Positions 1 to 12,561 of a stretch of 64,000 nt of DNA are shown here, one piece after another. The DNA is from Podospora anserina. Lineage: Eukaryota. Location of the stretch: assembly GCA_017654855.1 (NCBI GenBank), contig CM030334.1:2356001-2420000 (forward strand). Direction: 5' to 3'. How positions within the stretch are numbered: the stretch's first letter is position 1; each line of letters opens with the position of its first letter. The position numbers and the translations under genes are program-made. Below the pieces are notes generated by a model, which made no database searches, was not told the origin of the DNA, and saw nothing but the letters and a program-made list of their open reading frames with translations.

Positions 1-946
1 GTTGTGGGCTATCTCCAGCTTTGTTGAGCATCAGATAGTCTTGCCGAGAGAATGGTGAGAAACGATCACCAGAGATCAGACACCCCTGGCAAGCTAGACC
101 CCTTTGGATACCGCTGTTATGTGATGGATCGATCTATTATGTGTTGTTCGAGGCTTCTAGAAAGGTTGGTTCGCATCTTGCATAGTTGCTACATTTTGAT
201 GGTTGGGGCGGGGGAGGGTAGGTAGGTCTGTCACACTGAAAAAAAAAAAAAAAGATCTCCAGCCTAAAGTCCGATATGTTGGGGTTGGCCGCCGTAACCG
301 CCGCCCCTTTGTGATTCTGTGTGTGTGCTTTGTGGTTTGCCAATCCACCCCCTTTTTGTCATACCTGAATAACATACATACACTCCAAAACTTTTGGTCC
401 AAGAATTAATTATCCACAACCAACAAAAAGCTCAAAATTCTAACCCAATGATATCTCGTGGTGTGGAGAGAGGAAACATCTCTTCTCCGGAGAAGTTTTC
501 TCTGTACCAAGCAGCAGCAGCAAGCAGTAATGATATGTCCCACCACCCATCTCTCTTTCAACGCCTTGTTTTGTTTTTGTAGAACAATTAGATCCCGGCC
601 CCATGTGGCAAAATGAAAAGGCTGTCTCGAGATGCAGAAAAACAAATTGTTCAAAATAGAAGAGTGTAAAACATGAATCGAAAAAAAAACCCCCAAAAAA
701 ACTATAATTACAAAATGCCGTGCCCTTTGAACAAAACAAGAATAAAAATAAAGGGTCGTTACTTGTCAATCAAGAAGTATGTAGTGGGTAGGTGCTTAAA
801 ATGAAGAAAGAAAGAAAAGAGAAATATGTGTCCAACGAATGTGCGTGTGTCATCCCATCGCTTCCTCTCTCTCTGCCTTGATGCAAAATATTCCCCCCAC
901 CCCGTTTCCGTGCCATGTCCCTTTTCATCCATTTCTTCGTGGTAGG

Positions 947-977
947 CCATCCATCCATCCATCCATCCATCCATCCA
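947..977. repeat. (CCAT)n microsatellite
   Basis: About 8 tandem CCAT units, downstream of the Myb gene. Confidence 0.9.
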
Positions 978-1381
978 GCCACCCGCCCGTCCCTTCGTTC
1001 TGAAAAGTTGTAAAAGAAATTTCGAAATTACAGATTGCCTCCCAGGTCGTTACTGTTTGTTCCGCCGGGTTTTCTTTTTTTCCCCTCTCCCATGTGTGTT
1101 TGTGTTGCTAATATTGTGGTGTATGTCATTGTAAGTGTGCTATGCCGGGAATGTTTGTTGGCATGAGTGGTGAAGTGTTGTGAGTGTATGTAATGCTCGA
1201 GTAAAGTTAGGAAAAGGAATAATTGTAGTCGTAACAAGCTGTGGTGTGTTTGTTTGGTGATTGATTTGCCGTAGCAAGTGGTTATTCGAAAATCCCCTGC
1301 GGTGTGTGGTGGTGTTTATCTGGAGAAAGGGAGCACAACAACAGGGAAACCTCTCACCAGTCCAGTCCCCACCCCCCCATG

Positions 1382-2813
1382 TTATGGCTCATACCTCGGC
1401 CGTCTAGCCGCCACCTGCCCGAGTCCCATCGGTGGCGGAGGCGGAGGCGGAAGAAGCGGGTAATCCCCATCCTCAGACCGCGGGTACATGTGTCGTCGCC
1501 TGCTAGTCTCCCTGCTTACATCAGGACTAGCCCTCCGCTTCGACCCAGACGACGATTCCAAATGCGTATACCCATACGACGACGACGAGCTGTACCCCAA
1601 AGGCGGGAGCAAAGGAACCGGACTAGCAGTGGCGCTGTGGATAGGACTCGCACTAGGAGCTCCCACCGAGTACGCCGGAGTGCTGTACGGGCTAACTCCC
1701 GTCGTCAGTTCCGCCACACTGGGCAGCACGCCTCCGCGTCCTTGACCTGGGCCAAGACTCGTCGTCTGAATCGGCGCGAGCCCCCCAAACGGAGGACCCG
1801 GTGGTGGAGGCGGTTGTCCGTAGCCGTAGTCAAGGGGCTCAGGGGCGATGCCGGAAGAGGATCTCGGCGGGAGGCTCTCGCGTCGTACGGCTAGGGGCCG
1901 GCCGGTCGCCATCGGGGGTGGGATCAAGGGTGGTGGGACGGGCCCGGGGCCCCGTTGGTGTTGGTGGTGGTATCGTGGAGACGGAATGGTGGGGAGGCTT
2001 CCCTGGGACTGCGAGTGGCCGTGTCCTCTCGTGGGGGAAATTCGGTGATGGCCGTGGGAACCTTGCGAGTCGTTCGGAGTCATGTTCAGCGTGAATGGAA
2101 CCACGCCTGCCCGCCTTGCCATTTCATTCTCACCTAGCTGCCAGTGCATCGCCTCGGCGGCGCGCCAGGGGACCTGCATCTCCTCTGCCACTTTTGCCCA
2201 CATCTCGGGTTTGAATCTGCCAAGCTTTTGTCAGTCTTGTTCGTCCGAAACGCAGCCAAAAAAAAGGGGGGGGACATTGTTACCTCTCGTACAGCCTTGC
2301 GAGCTTGTTCTTGCGCTCTTCGTCCCACTCGCTCCGCCTTTCCAGATAGTTTTGATAGTGAAGACGACAACTGATGGAGCTCCGTCCTGGAAGCCGCTTC
2401 GATATGTCGTCCCATTTCATCCCACTGCCCCGGAGCTCTATGATGAGAGCATCCTCTTCCGGAGACCACTTGCTTTGTTTCTTCGCCGGCGACTCGGAGG
2501 TGTGAGGCGGCATGCTGCGTTTATTACTTCCACTGGGCGGGCGTGATGCTGAAGCTGGCACCGAAGTGGCAGTCGGCTGAGAGTATCCAGGTATCGTAGA
2601 TGCCCCGAAGCCCCCAAATCCGGTGCCGCCGACGAAGCCAAATTGCGAAGACACTGTGACGGGTGCTACAGCAAAGGAGGCCAGAGGAGGAGGATCACCT
2701 GGGGACGTTGTTGCCGGCGAAAATGTTGCAGTCGAAGTCGGATGAGCCTGCTGGGTAGGCGATGCAGTGGACTCATTTGAGTCGGAGCCTTTGATTAATG
2801 ACGCGATATCCAC
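1382..2813 (-). CDS. Myb/SANT DNA-binding transcription factor (2 exons; start either GTG 2813 or first in-frame ATG 2513)
   Basis: Myb repeat KWSPEEDALIIELRGSGMKWDDISKRLPGRSSISCRLHYQNYL plus a second repeat WDEERKNKLARLYER|FKPEMWAKVAEEM, joined by GT-AG intron 2283..2217 with CTGAC branch; P/S-rich C-terminus. Confidence 0.85.
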
Positions 2814-5800
2814 GGTGACGGTGTCTCGCCGGTCTTTGCCTATAGGGGCAGCAAGTTCATAAATGGCCAGGGCTGAAGACGGGGGAAACGCGTTTTCCGC
2901 CTTGTCCAACGCCACCAACAGGAACCGGTTGTTGCTCTCGAGTTGCAGTGAAGCCAAAGGTGCCGAGAGCTCTACAATAGAAGCTTCGTTCCTTCGACTG
3001 CTTAGCAGGGGATCGCTGGTCAGTACGTCCGGGCAAGAAGAAGGTCACTCCACCGTAGCTGTTCTTCTACGGAGGTCAGTGAACCGTTTGGCGCGGAGAC
3101 TAGGACCGGGAGACCAGGACGGGTTTCGCAAATGTTGTTGTCGGCCGAAGTGAGCTAGGTTGGGATATGTGATGGACGCGATTCCGAGTTTTGTAAGCCG
3201 TGAAGTTCGGGAGACAGCGCGTGTTTAAAGGGGGTAGATTGGTAGCCGAGCGAGAAAGAGACCCCCTTTCGAGACTGGTTGTTATAATAGTAGCTTTTAG
3301 ACAACGGTGGTGGCTCGTGTGCTGATGGCAGACATCAAAACATGATTGGGTAGGTTCCTGAGCATGCGTTCGCCAATAAATGAGCATGTGCCGAGCTCGA
3401 TGAGGTAGGTGAGCAGTGGTAAGGTCAGACGGGGGTGCTAGACGACTGCTTGAGAAGAGAGAAGGCCTTTTCCATAGTCACCGAGCATAGAGCAGGGGAG
3501 AGGCTGTATCCAGGTCCGGGAAGATGCGCCTCTGCAGATGGGTAGCCAGGATGAGAAGGGGAAAGAAAAACTTCTTGATGACGGTGTCTAAGGAGAGTGA
3601 CAGGATGCGGGGGATGGGGTCAGGGTTCAGGGGGGCATATGAGGGTAAACTAATACACTGAGGACGAGTAGGCCTTCATGGTTGGGATTCCATGAAAAGA
3701 ACAACGGTGATAGCCATACCGGAAGTGTACAGACAGGCTGCCTGTCGTGTTGAAGGAGATGGATGGATGGATGGCAACCAGGGCCAAGGTCCAAGGGCAA
3801 GGGAGGGGGTGCAGATGGAGGGGGGCGTGTGTGCAAAGTGGGTCGGCCAGGGAAACAGACAGAACAAGGGATGCGGGCAAGGTCAGGGCTCCAGGGCTCG
3901 GATGCCGTGGGTGGTGAGTGATAACCTGAGCCACAAGTCAGGGTCCGTACCCCAGAATGCCAAACGCCTGACTTGTGCGGTAGAGATGGCTCTGTCAGAT
4001 ACGGGTAACCTCTGGAAGTAACCCCCGGGGGCTTCGGGACGGACCTCATCGACTTCGGTTGGGTTTGGGGTAGCTCCAACGCTCCCAACACACAGCTACA
4101 ATATCAAGAGCCCGGGACCAAGAACCGGTTTGCCATGCTCGGGCGCTTGATCCAGCTGGAAAGAGGGCTAAGGCGAAATGTCAAAGTCCAATCCCCGTTC
4201 ACGCTTGGACTGATGAGAAGAGGTACCCAACAGGTACTAGCTGTCCTGGGTCCAACTGTTTGGTGGCCAAGTGAAAAGTCAATGAGACGGCCAATCGACA
4301 TACTCCCAGACCACGCCCCTTGGCAGGAGAAATGGCAACACACCCCTCCCCAATCAAAAGAGCCCCAATTGACCTTTTTTCTTCTTTGGTTGCTGAGGGG
4401 TTGCTCCATCCAAGAACGGAATGGCAAAAAGAAAAAGAGAAAAAAAAGAAAAGAAATGCAAAACCGACCTGTTGTAGGGACGTCGAAGAAGATCAGTGCT
4501 AACGCCGAACATGTCGACTATGCGAGATACCGCCCCCACTAGGGCAAACGACATGGGTTGACCACGACTTCGTGCATGACAGACACGCTCTATTCTTCAG
4601 GCTGGCTGGTCTGGCTAACAGCGCTTACTTCGACTAAATGCCATGTTTAATGGCGCAGAACGTTCTTATTGTGCATCAAAGTTGGGGGCATACCGCGAAG
4701 AAGAAAGTCTATGATGGGGGGGCGGTGTACGTGAGTGGTCGGGTTGCAAAGTCGGGAAAGAAGGGTCAGTCATCAAGGTTAGTTGGGCTCTCAAGCGGCA
4801 TTGTTTCCTGAGTGACTTTTAACCCCCATCCCAGGTACTACTTCACCATGGCATGGTTCGGGGCAGGCGGAACTTGACTTGCGGCAGAAGAAAGAGAGAC
4901 GTGTGCAAGCAAGCAGGTAGGGTGAGGCGTCAGCCAAAAGTTGCCGCTGCACCTGCATCTGTCCAGCAGCAACGACAGCCCAGCCGGGCATAAACAGGCA
5001 GTACCTGTTTCGACCACAAACGATGGGGGTGGAGATGAACGGAAACGCTTGCCATGGGAGGAGAAAAAACGCATAGGACATGGGTTCAAATGGGTTGGTC
5101 TTGAAACTGTCCATGGTGGTATGGGGCGGGAGGCGGATTGGATTTGCAAGAGGCGACGGCCACCAGCAACCAGTGGTCCATGCCCCATCTTGATGCTCAC
5201 CTCCTTGTTCTGAAAGGAGGTTTGATGGTTTACCGTCATGCTGCCCCCGTCCAAAGCTTGGACACTGCCAGCATCGAGAGTTTAGTCCAGGGCCCAATGC
5301 GGAAGAAGGCCCCAGGCTGGATGGGATCAACCCATCTGGCATCTGCATTGCCGAGACCTCGGACCTAACTGTTGAACAACTGCGCAGTGCGACGAAGGGG
5401 AGCGTGATCGATCCTAAACGGGCGCTAGAGGTGTGAAGTAAGTCGCAGATGGGAGGAGCGGCACGAGAGGCTCGCTTCGATCCGCCCTTGACCCAGAAAC
5501 GACGGCCGCCGGCTCGCCAACCTTGGCTCCGGGTTATTACTTTGCAGTCACGGTGATATAAGCCGCCGGGCCAGCTCCGGTCATCATCATTCTTCTTGGA
5601 TGTTCTTCAGGCTCTAGCTATTTTGGAGCCTCTGTGCGCATAAGAACAGACGCTGCGCGAGACGAAGAGAGTGCGTCTGTTCTCCTGTCAGATCCAGGGA
5701 AACCCCTGGCTTCAATGCGATGCGACATGGATGTGCGATTCGGACGCTGGAGCATTGCTTGCATGGGTTGCGGGAGCATGAGCCCCTACCTAAGACGGCG

Positions 5801-8800
5801 ACGTCGACTGAACTTGGACAGAACCGTCGCAACAGGCTCAGAGGCGCGACAGTCAGGAACCCTGTCAGTTCTCTGGACACAAGAGATCCAGAGATCCAGA
5901 GATCGATCCGGCGTGTGAGCAGTTGCTGTTGAACCTTGTAACCCTGGTTTCTCAAAGAGCCTGGGGCGGGTAATAGCGACTCGATGCATTGTCTGTGCGT
6001 TCCGGATCCTGTCCCTGGTAAGCCCACATCACACAATCTTGCTGTAAGATCAACGACAGCGTTTGGCGGGGCAGGCTACCGGACAAGTTGTGACAATACA
6101 TTTGTCAATGCCATGAGTGTACTGGAGAAGCGCTCCATACTCTCCAGCAAACAGCTCTGAGATGGCAGTCCCACGAATTGGCGGTCAGCTCTTGTGTTCT
6201 GTACCTCTGGACAGATACAGGTCTCTGCTCTCAAGTTCCGCTTCATCCCTCCCCCCACACCGTCCGGGATCAGGGTTCCTGCGGGGCAACAGTGCCGGCA
6301 GGACAGCCGCCCCAAGACGATCAATGAATCGTTCCGTTTTGGGTTTGTGCCTAGGATCATGAATTTCCCGGTGTGGTGTCGCTTCCTCTCGGCTGGCTAT
6401 TGTGGCTCACCCTGCCCATGAACCATGATCTGCCACCCAACAATAGCCATTATGCTGCTCCTTGTAATGCTTTTGTCGGCCATGCTCGGTTACAGGCTGA
6501 CTGTTCGTGCTGCTTGTTTCTTTCGACACCAGCGCAGGTCCTGGAGCCCAATATCAAGACAAGAAAGATGCCATTGGAGCTGATCCCACTTGGCTCAGCC
6601 ACAGCCATGTGCTACCCACGCTGCCATTTCGCCTCGCATTGTCCTGTAGACCCGACATGACTCTGGCCCAAACGGCTTGCCAAGACTGGTCCAGAACCTC
6701 ACTTGTAAGTCGTGGCCAGCTTGGAACTGCGCTTTTGCACATGCCGCTCAGCGATTCAGGGACTCAAATACACGAATTTCCATGACCACATGGCCAACTG
6801 CAGAGCGGGAGTGGGGTGGGAAAGCCAAGGCCACCGTGATTCAGCAGTCCAGGTCAAGGTGAGCAAGACAAACATGGAACGAAGCAGATCATCGTCGGCT
6901 CGTTTCGTTGTTGCTGCCCGAACAAAGCAGCGAAGACGCTCCCAAGCTCGGCCGTTTGTTGGTGCTCGAATCAACCAGCGCGCTGTTCCTAATGCCCTTG
7001 AAGATCGGTGCCGAAAAAAGAAGCTATTTTACGCCTACGCCACGGTGACCGACTTGTTGAAGTCGATGCTCTCAGCTGCCGGCCGTTTCGCCAGCTGCGA
7101 CTATCAAACAGCAATCGCCAAGGTCAAGTGAGATGAACTGCATGTAGTATGTCGTCGATTTGGTGAGAAACTGGGCCTATGGGAGCTTGTCGGTCCATGT
7201 CGGCTTCGTTAGCTCGTTAGCTCTGTTTCCTCCATGTGCTCTAGCCATGATTATTAGACACAGCACGTATGTAAAGGCACCCGGATTCGGCAGGGCGCCG
7301 ATGCCATCCTAGGTTGAGAAACACGATCCTTGTGCTTCTCAGCTGCACTGGGTGGTGAATTCGTTGGCCTTGCATAATGGCCTGGCCCTGTTATTGCGCC
7401 TAGAATACTGACCAGATGCGGACGTGATGTGTAGGCGGTACCTAGGGAAGTGCTGGCGGCTGGTTTAATCGGACGAGCACCCCGTACAGCTGGCCACTAT
7501 TCTGCAGCGTAAAGATGCGGCTCGACCGCCCCTCCCGGCACACAAGACAATTTGACTCTTGGCGACGTCATTCTCCCGTAGAGAACAAGGCTACAACTGT
7601 AGGCTGATCCATACGGAATATGGTGAGCAGTTCTGAACGTAGTATCGTGTATTCGAGCTGTGCTGTACATACCTCAAGGTCACATCTCTTTTCTGATCAT
7701 AGCAACCGCGCCCAGCCAGGGTGCCAGACGCCCGGTCAAAAGGTTGACGGGCTTCCCGTGGTCCATGCCGCGGGTAAAAAACAATTTTTTAGACAAGAGA
7801 TGCAAAGATGTGACCATCTACCCAAGGTGGCGGTGAACGACACAAGAACAGATCTTGGGTAGCAAGCATGCATATCATCTGTCGCCCAACAAGTGTCTCA
7901 AAACCTTGTCCCTGCCATCCTGACCGCACTGAATACAACATCGTGAGCAATGCGACGCCATGTCGAGTGAAAATCCCCTCGATTCTGCGACAAACGCATT
8001 TAGTGTCGACTATGCAGATGAGCTTCACCAGCGGTCAGTTGCATTGCCTCCAGAGGCTAGGAAGGAGGCGCAACTGGTGCAGGGGTTTCGTTTCTGTGAG
8101 AGACGGTGAATTGTATCTGTGTGGTATCTGTGAGTGAATCCTGCTGTTTTTTGCAGATTGTGTTCAGATCGCCTCGGGTAGATGCCGCACACGCAGCAGC
8201 CTCATCAGGTGCCGCAGCATGAGTTGGACTGGCGAATCAGCCAAAAGAGGGAATCGGCAGGACACAAGAATGACTTGTCAGTACTGCAGTGAACCATCAA
8301 GATGTTTCACCTCTTGTCCAGGCCAGCCGTTTGCACAGAATGCGGAGGAACAGGCCGGTATACGGTACACGTACACCAGGCAGGTCGGTCTTCGGGATCG
8401 GGCGTCGACATGGAATTGTTTGTGAAGCCCGTGAGCCTGTCGGGAACGTGGACGAGTCTCCAGCAGCATTGCGCTTTAGGGCATTCAGGGCAGCTGGCCG
8501 AGAACCGGTTCGACCAATGGCGAACTCGGTGGGCGTTTGACCTCAGCTTCCCGCGAAATCTCATGTTTGACTGCATCGAATGCTGCCGTGTTCTGGGGCT
8601 GGTGTTCCCAATGACACGGTTCCTCGCTGGCGGGCTTGCAAACGGGCGTGAACCAATGGCGACGAGGGAATGAATAGGACAATTGATGCCCGGGTCGCCT
8701 TGTGAGGTTTTGTTCCCGCCTCGCGAGCTCTTTCGCTGTCAAGGGTGATATCGGCTGTCGGATAATTTGGAACATTGGAAGCTTTATCGAATTCGATTCC

Positions 8801-9437
8801 CATGTGCGGACAAAAGAAAGCTGAGACCTTGGGCTTGGAGTCTTGATTCGATGAGAAGGAGACGGGAAGACAAGACAATGGAAGATGGAGGTGGCTCAGC
8901 TGGGCTTGGGTGGGTGGAAGTTGAAGAGTGTGGCTAGTGACCGCACTACCGGAATGTGGCTTTCCTTAGCGCTGTGCAACATTGGTTCGTGTTGCCAAGA
9001 CGCCAGGCTGGGTCTCCCATGCTTGATCAACCAGCGACTTCAACTGCTTCCTTTTCAGCTTACATGAGCATCAGAGAGAGATCTAGACAACTCTCGGATC
9101 TCGATATCCTCAAAGATAAGCCTTTTTGAAGCGATTCACGGTTCCAGGCCTGGATAGACTCGCTTTCTGGTAACATTTTGCATACATCTCAGCTCCCCTC
9201 TCTGGTTGATCTCTCTTAACTGACCACTCTCTGGCAGCCATCCACATACCCCCCAACTTTCTCCATTACAAACCCACGTGCACGGCTTCCACATTCGACG
9301 GGCTTCTGTCTGCCACGGCACCACACCGCACCTTCACCACGTTTTGAACCGTCAGCTCTCTTGCTTCTGTTCCTGGTGAAGCGAGCGAAAAGCAACGAAT
9401 AGGGAACCTCACGTCTGCTTCGCAACCACCACCCACC

Positions 9438-10642
9438 ATGGCTGACGTCCCGCTCTATGTCGTATCCGACTACTCGTCTTCGGAAAGACGGATCACCCCC
9501 TCATGGTCTATCGCTCAGCTCAAGACCAAGTTGGAGCCCATCACCGGCATTCCTCCTTCCTGCCAGCACATCTTCCTCAAGACCTCGTCCAACGATGGGA
9601 TTCCGATCGAGGCTTCGGACGAGGAGGCGGTCTATCTGCAAAGCTTTCCGCTAGCGCCATATGCTGAATTGCAAGTAAGTGAAACAAACCCGATCCGTCC
9701 CTGTGCCCCTGAATCTATTCGGCCGGGGAACTTTGGTGTGCAGGCGCCATCAAAGTGCAAGTAAACAAGGTGGCGCTGCCATCATCCTGTTGGCACATGG
9801 GCAAGGCAGGCCATCGGGCCCTGAGACATGGAGCACGACGTGCCGCCTCACGCCAAATGCTATTCAAGTGACGCGTGGCGGCCGGCTTCTAGTGGTGCTC
9901 GCGAATCGTCCTATGATGCTGCCTTCTCCTTCCGGGGTCGGTGAGAGCCACCACGTAGGGGATGTACGTCGAAGGTGCATCGTGCCCTGGTCTCCAGCCG
10001 CTCCAGGGGCAGGTGTGTGTGTGTGTTCAGGGCTAGCTCGGAAGCCATTGGGCGCTCTCCTGCCCCCCCAGCTAGTTTCTTGCTGGCCATATGTCGGTCC
10101 GAGGAATCCCTCGAGATGCAAGCTTTTGAAACCCGCAGACTAACAGCGCTTGGCAGGTTGTTGATACGCGGCCAGCGTCTGCCAGGCCCAATTTCACAAG
10201 CGCCGTAGGCGTCGAGAAATTCGAGCTACCTGAAGAGGAGTACGAGAAGAAGACGGACTCGGTCCTCGCATGGAAGAAGGCTCAGAAGCTCGGGCGATTC
10301 GACCCGAACGCCCCGACCCATGAGCAGGCCAAGATCGACGCCATCGCCAAAGAGATTGGGGCCCGAGGAATCGCGGTGGGGAAGCGGTGCAGAGTTGGTG
10401 GTGACGATACGAGACGCGGGGAGGTCAAGTACGTGGGGGATGTCAAGGAGATTCCGGGTATTGGTGCCTGGGTGGGCGTCCAACTGGACGAGCCGGTTGG
10501 CAAGAATGACGGCAGCGTGGGAGGTACGCGCTACTGGGGCGAAGAGTCGGAGCTTAAGCGTGGCGTGTTTGTGAGAGCAGAGCGGGTGGAGGTCGGGGAC
10601 TTTCCTGTTCTGGATGACCTAGAGGACATGGAGGAGATCTGA
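9438..10642 (+). CDS. ALF1: Tubulin-folding cofactor B (ubiquitin-like + CAP-Gly)
   Basis: N-terminal Ubl (SERRITPSWSIAQLKTKLEPITGIPP); intron 9675..10156 (GTAAGT..ACTAAC..CAG) restores ELQ|VVDTRP; CAP-Gly WVGVQLDEPVGKNDGS; acidic EEI C-terminus. Confidence 0.95.
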
Positions 10643-12561
10643 AGTCCATCACCACACCAACATATGCGTACCAATGGAAACCTTGACGCCGTCACCATCT
10701 TCTGCTGCCCTTGAGGCTTGATTGGCTCTCATCTCGCGCCCAACACCATCTGCCTAGTTGGCTAGTCGCAGAGGCCCGTCCCGATGGGTTAGTGGACTGC
10801 ACTCTTCCCCAGGTTCCTGAACAGCTGCGCGAAGCCGCGGCAAGATGGTGTCCCAGTCATCCTCCAGTGACCCCGTCTTGCTCACAAGCGCTAGCACTCC
10901 CTGATGCACTTCCCGTTATTTTGTTGGCACCGAAAAAGCCGCCAGCTTGTAAGCAGGTGGCTGGCCCTTGAAGCCGACCTCGAGACTGCCGTTTCCCAAG
11001 CTTCTGCGCCATTGCCGTGTTACCAACATGTGGGTAGTCACCCAGACTTACAGTATGACTGCCTAACGGTCTCTACTTTAGCTCACCGGGCTTGCAAAAC
11101 TAAGTGAGATTTTCCGCCGAGCAAATATCTCGTCCAAACAAGCTCCAGAAAGATGCCATCAAGATATACCATCACCAGCTCAGGAAAAGGGGCTCAGGGG
11201 CAATCAGGCACTGGAAACCTCGAAACGACAAATGCGACAAAGGGAGGATATGTCTACTCAGGTATCGAATTTGCATTTAACCGCATCTCTCACTGCGAGG
11301 TATGGTGCAAGGGGTTGATGGGCCCTGTAACGCCTGATGTTCGAACTCCATGCAGGGCAAGACGTTTACCCCTGAGTGCAACGCTGCCGTTAACAGACCA
11401 TCTGCAGCAACCCTCTCAAATTACCACAAAATATCCATTTTGCGTCTTCGCCATTTTTGATGCAAATAACTCTTCATCACTGGATATTTTATCTCTCGAA
11501 ACATCAGCTTTTCTCTCCAATCTTGTCTTGCCAAATATCCTTTTTGTTGACAAGTCGGCATTTGATTAGTGGTAGCGCTGTCAGCAAAAACACCAAGCGT
11601 TGTTTAGCATCTGAGACTCGGAACGTCGATCACAGAGACAGGATCTCAAGGAGCAAAAAGCTTCCGAGCCAGCCAAAACATCTACGAGTCCAAACAAAAG
11701 TGTTTTCTTTCGGATCACTTCCGAAGTAATCGTCGTTGGATCAGCTTCGCTTTTGTATGCTGCGTGCAAAAAATAGATCCAGTTTACCTACGGCTTTGAG
11801 GCTCCACCGAACAGCGCATTCTCTAGTTCAAGTCGACTCCAACAATATACACCATCAACAGTCATCGATGGTAACATACTGACTCTAGATCATAGTTGCA
11901 TCAAAATCATCGAGTTTTGAAGATAGAGCAACAAACATCGTCCAATTGCATAAACGAACAACCCTGGCCGTCAATGAGGCACGGCCGTTAGGTGGCACTA
12001 GGCAGCTTGCAGCTGCTTTAAACTGAACGGGCACTAAAACATATCCAAAACGCCCCCTTTGTAGATGCATCACACACATCTTGCACACACCAGCTGCTGG
12101 TGTCATATTGTCGGCGTCCTTGTCGCGCACGACCTTAATTGCGCCTTTGAATGGCAGCTTAGCCTGGGCAGATGCCATCATGGCCAATGCAGTTCCCGTT
12201 TCTGCCCGGCTACTGCGGTACCCGTCTTGTTGCCGTCGTGAGCTGCAAGGGAGCAGTACTCATCTACCAACCTCAACCCCTCACCACACACCCAGCATAT
12301 GTTTTTCTCCGACGATCAGGAATAGACCAGCCAAAGCCATGGTGAGATGCTGAGATCCCCAGAACGCGGAGAGCCGGCCCTTTTCCAACCCACCACCCCC
12401 ACCTGCCGCGTCTCCCCTCCGTTCCCTTTTCATCAGAGTTGCTCCGGCCCTTCCGCGCGTGTGGCCGATTCGAAATCGTCATCGCCGTCATTCAAGCCCA
12501 TCACATCTTCCAGTCTGGCTTGGAGCGACGTCGACCGTTGCCGGCCGTTGGATCTGGAATA

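Noticed and set aside
9722..10145. RNase P/MRP RNA or TPP riboswitch identity for the cofactor B intron (GGGAACTTTGGTG, CTGAGA, AACCCGCAGACTA)
   Set aside because: CR-V spacing and P4 pairing do not fit, and the TPP core after CTGAGA is absent; kept only as an unidentified structure
11153..11569. 138-aa ORF starting MPSRYTITSSG
   Set aside because: Only a faint N-terminal resemblance to small fungal proteins; no supportable domain or splice model
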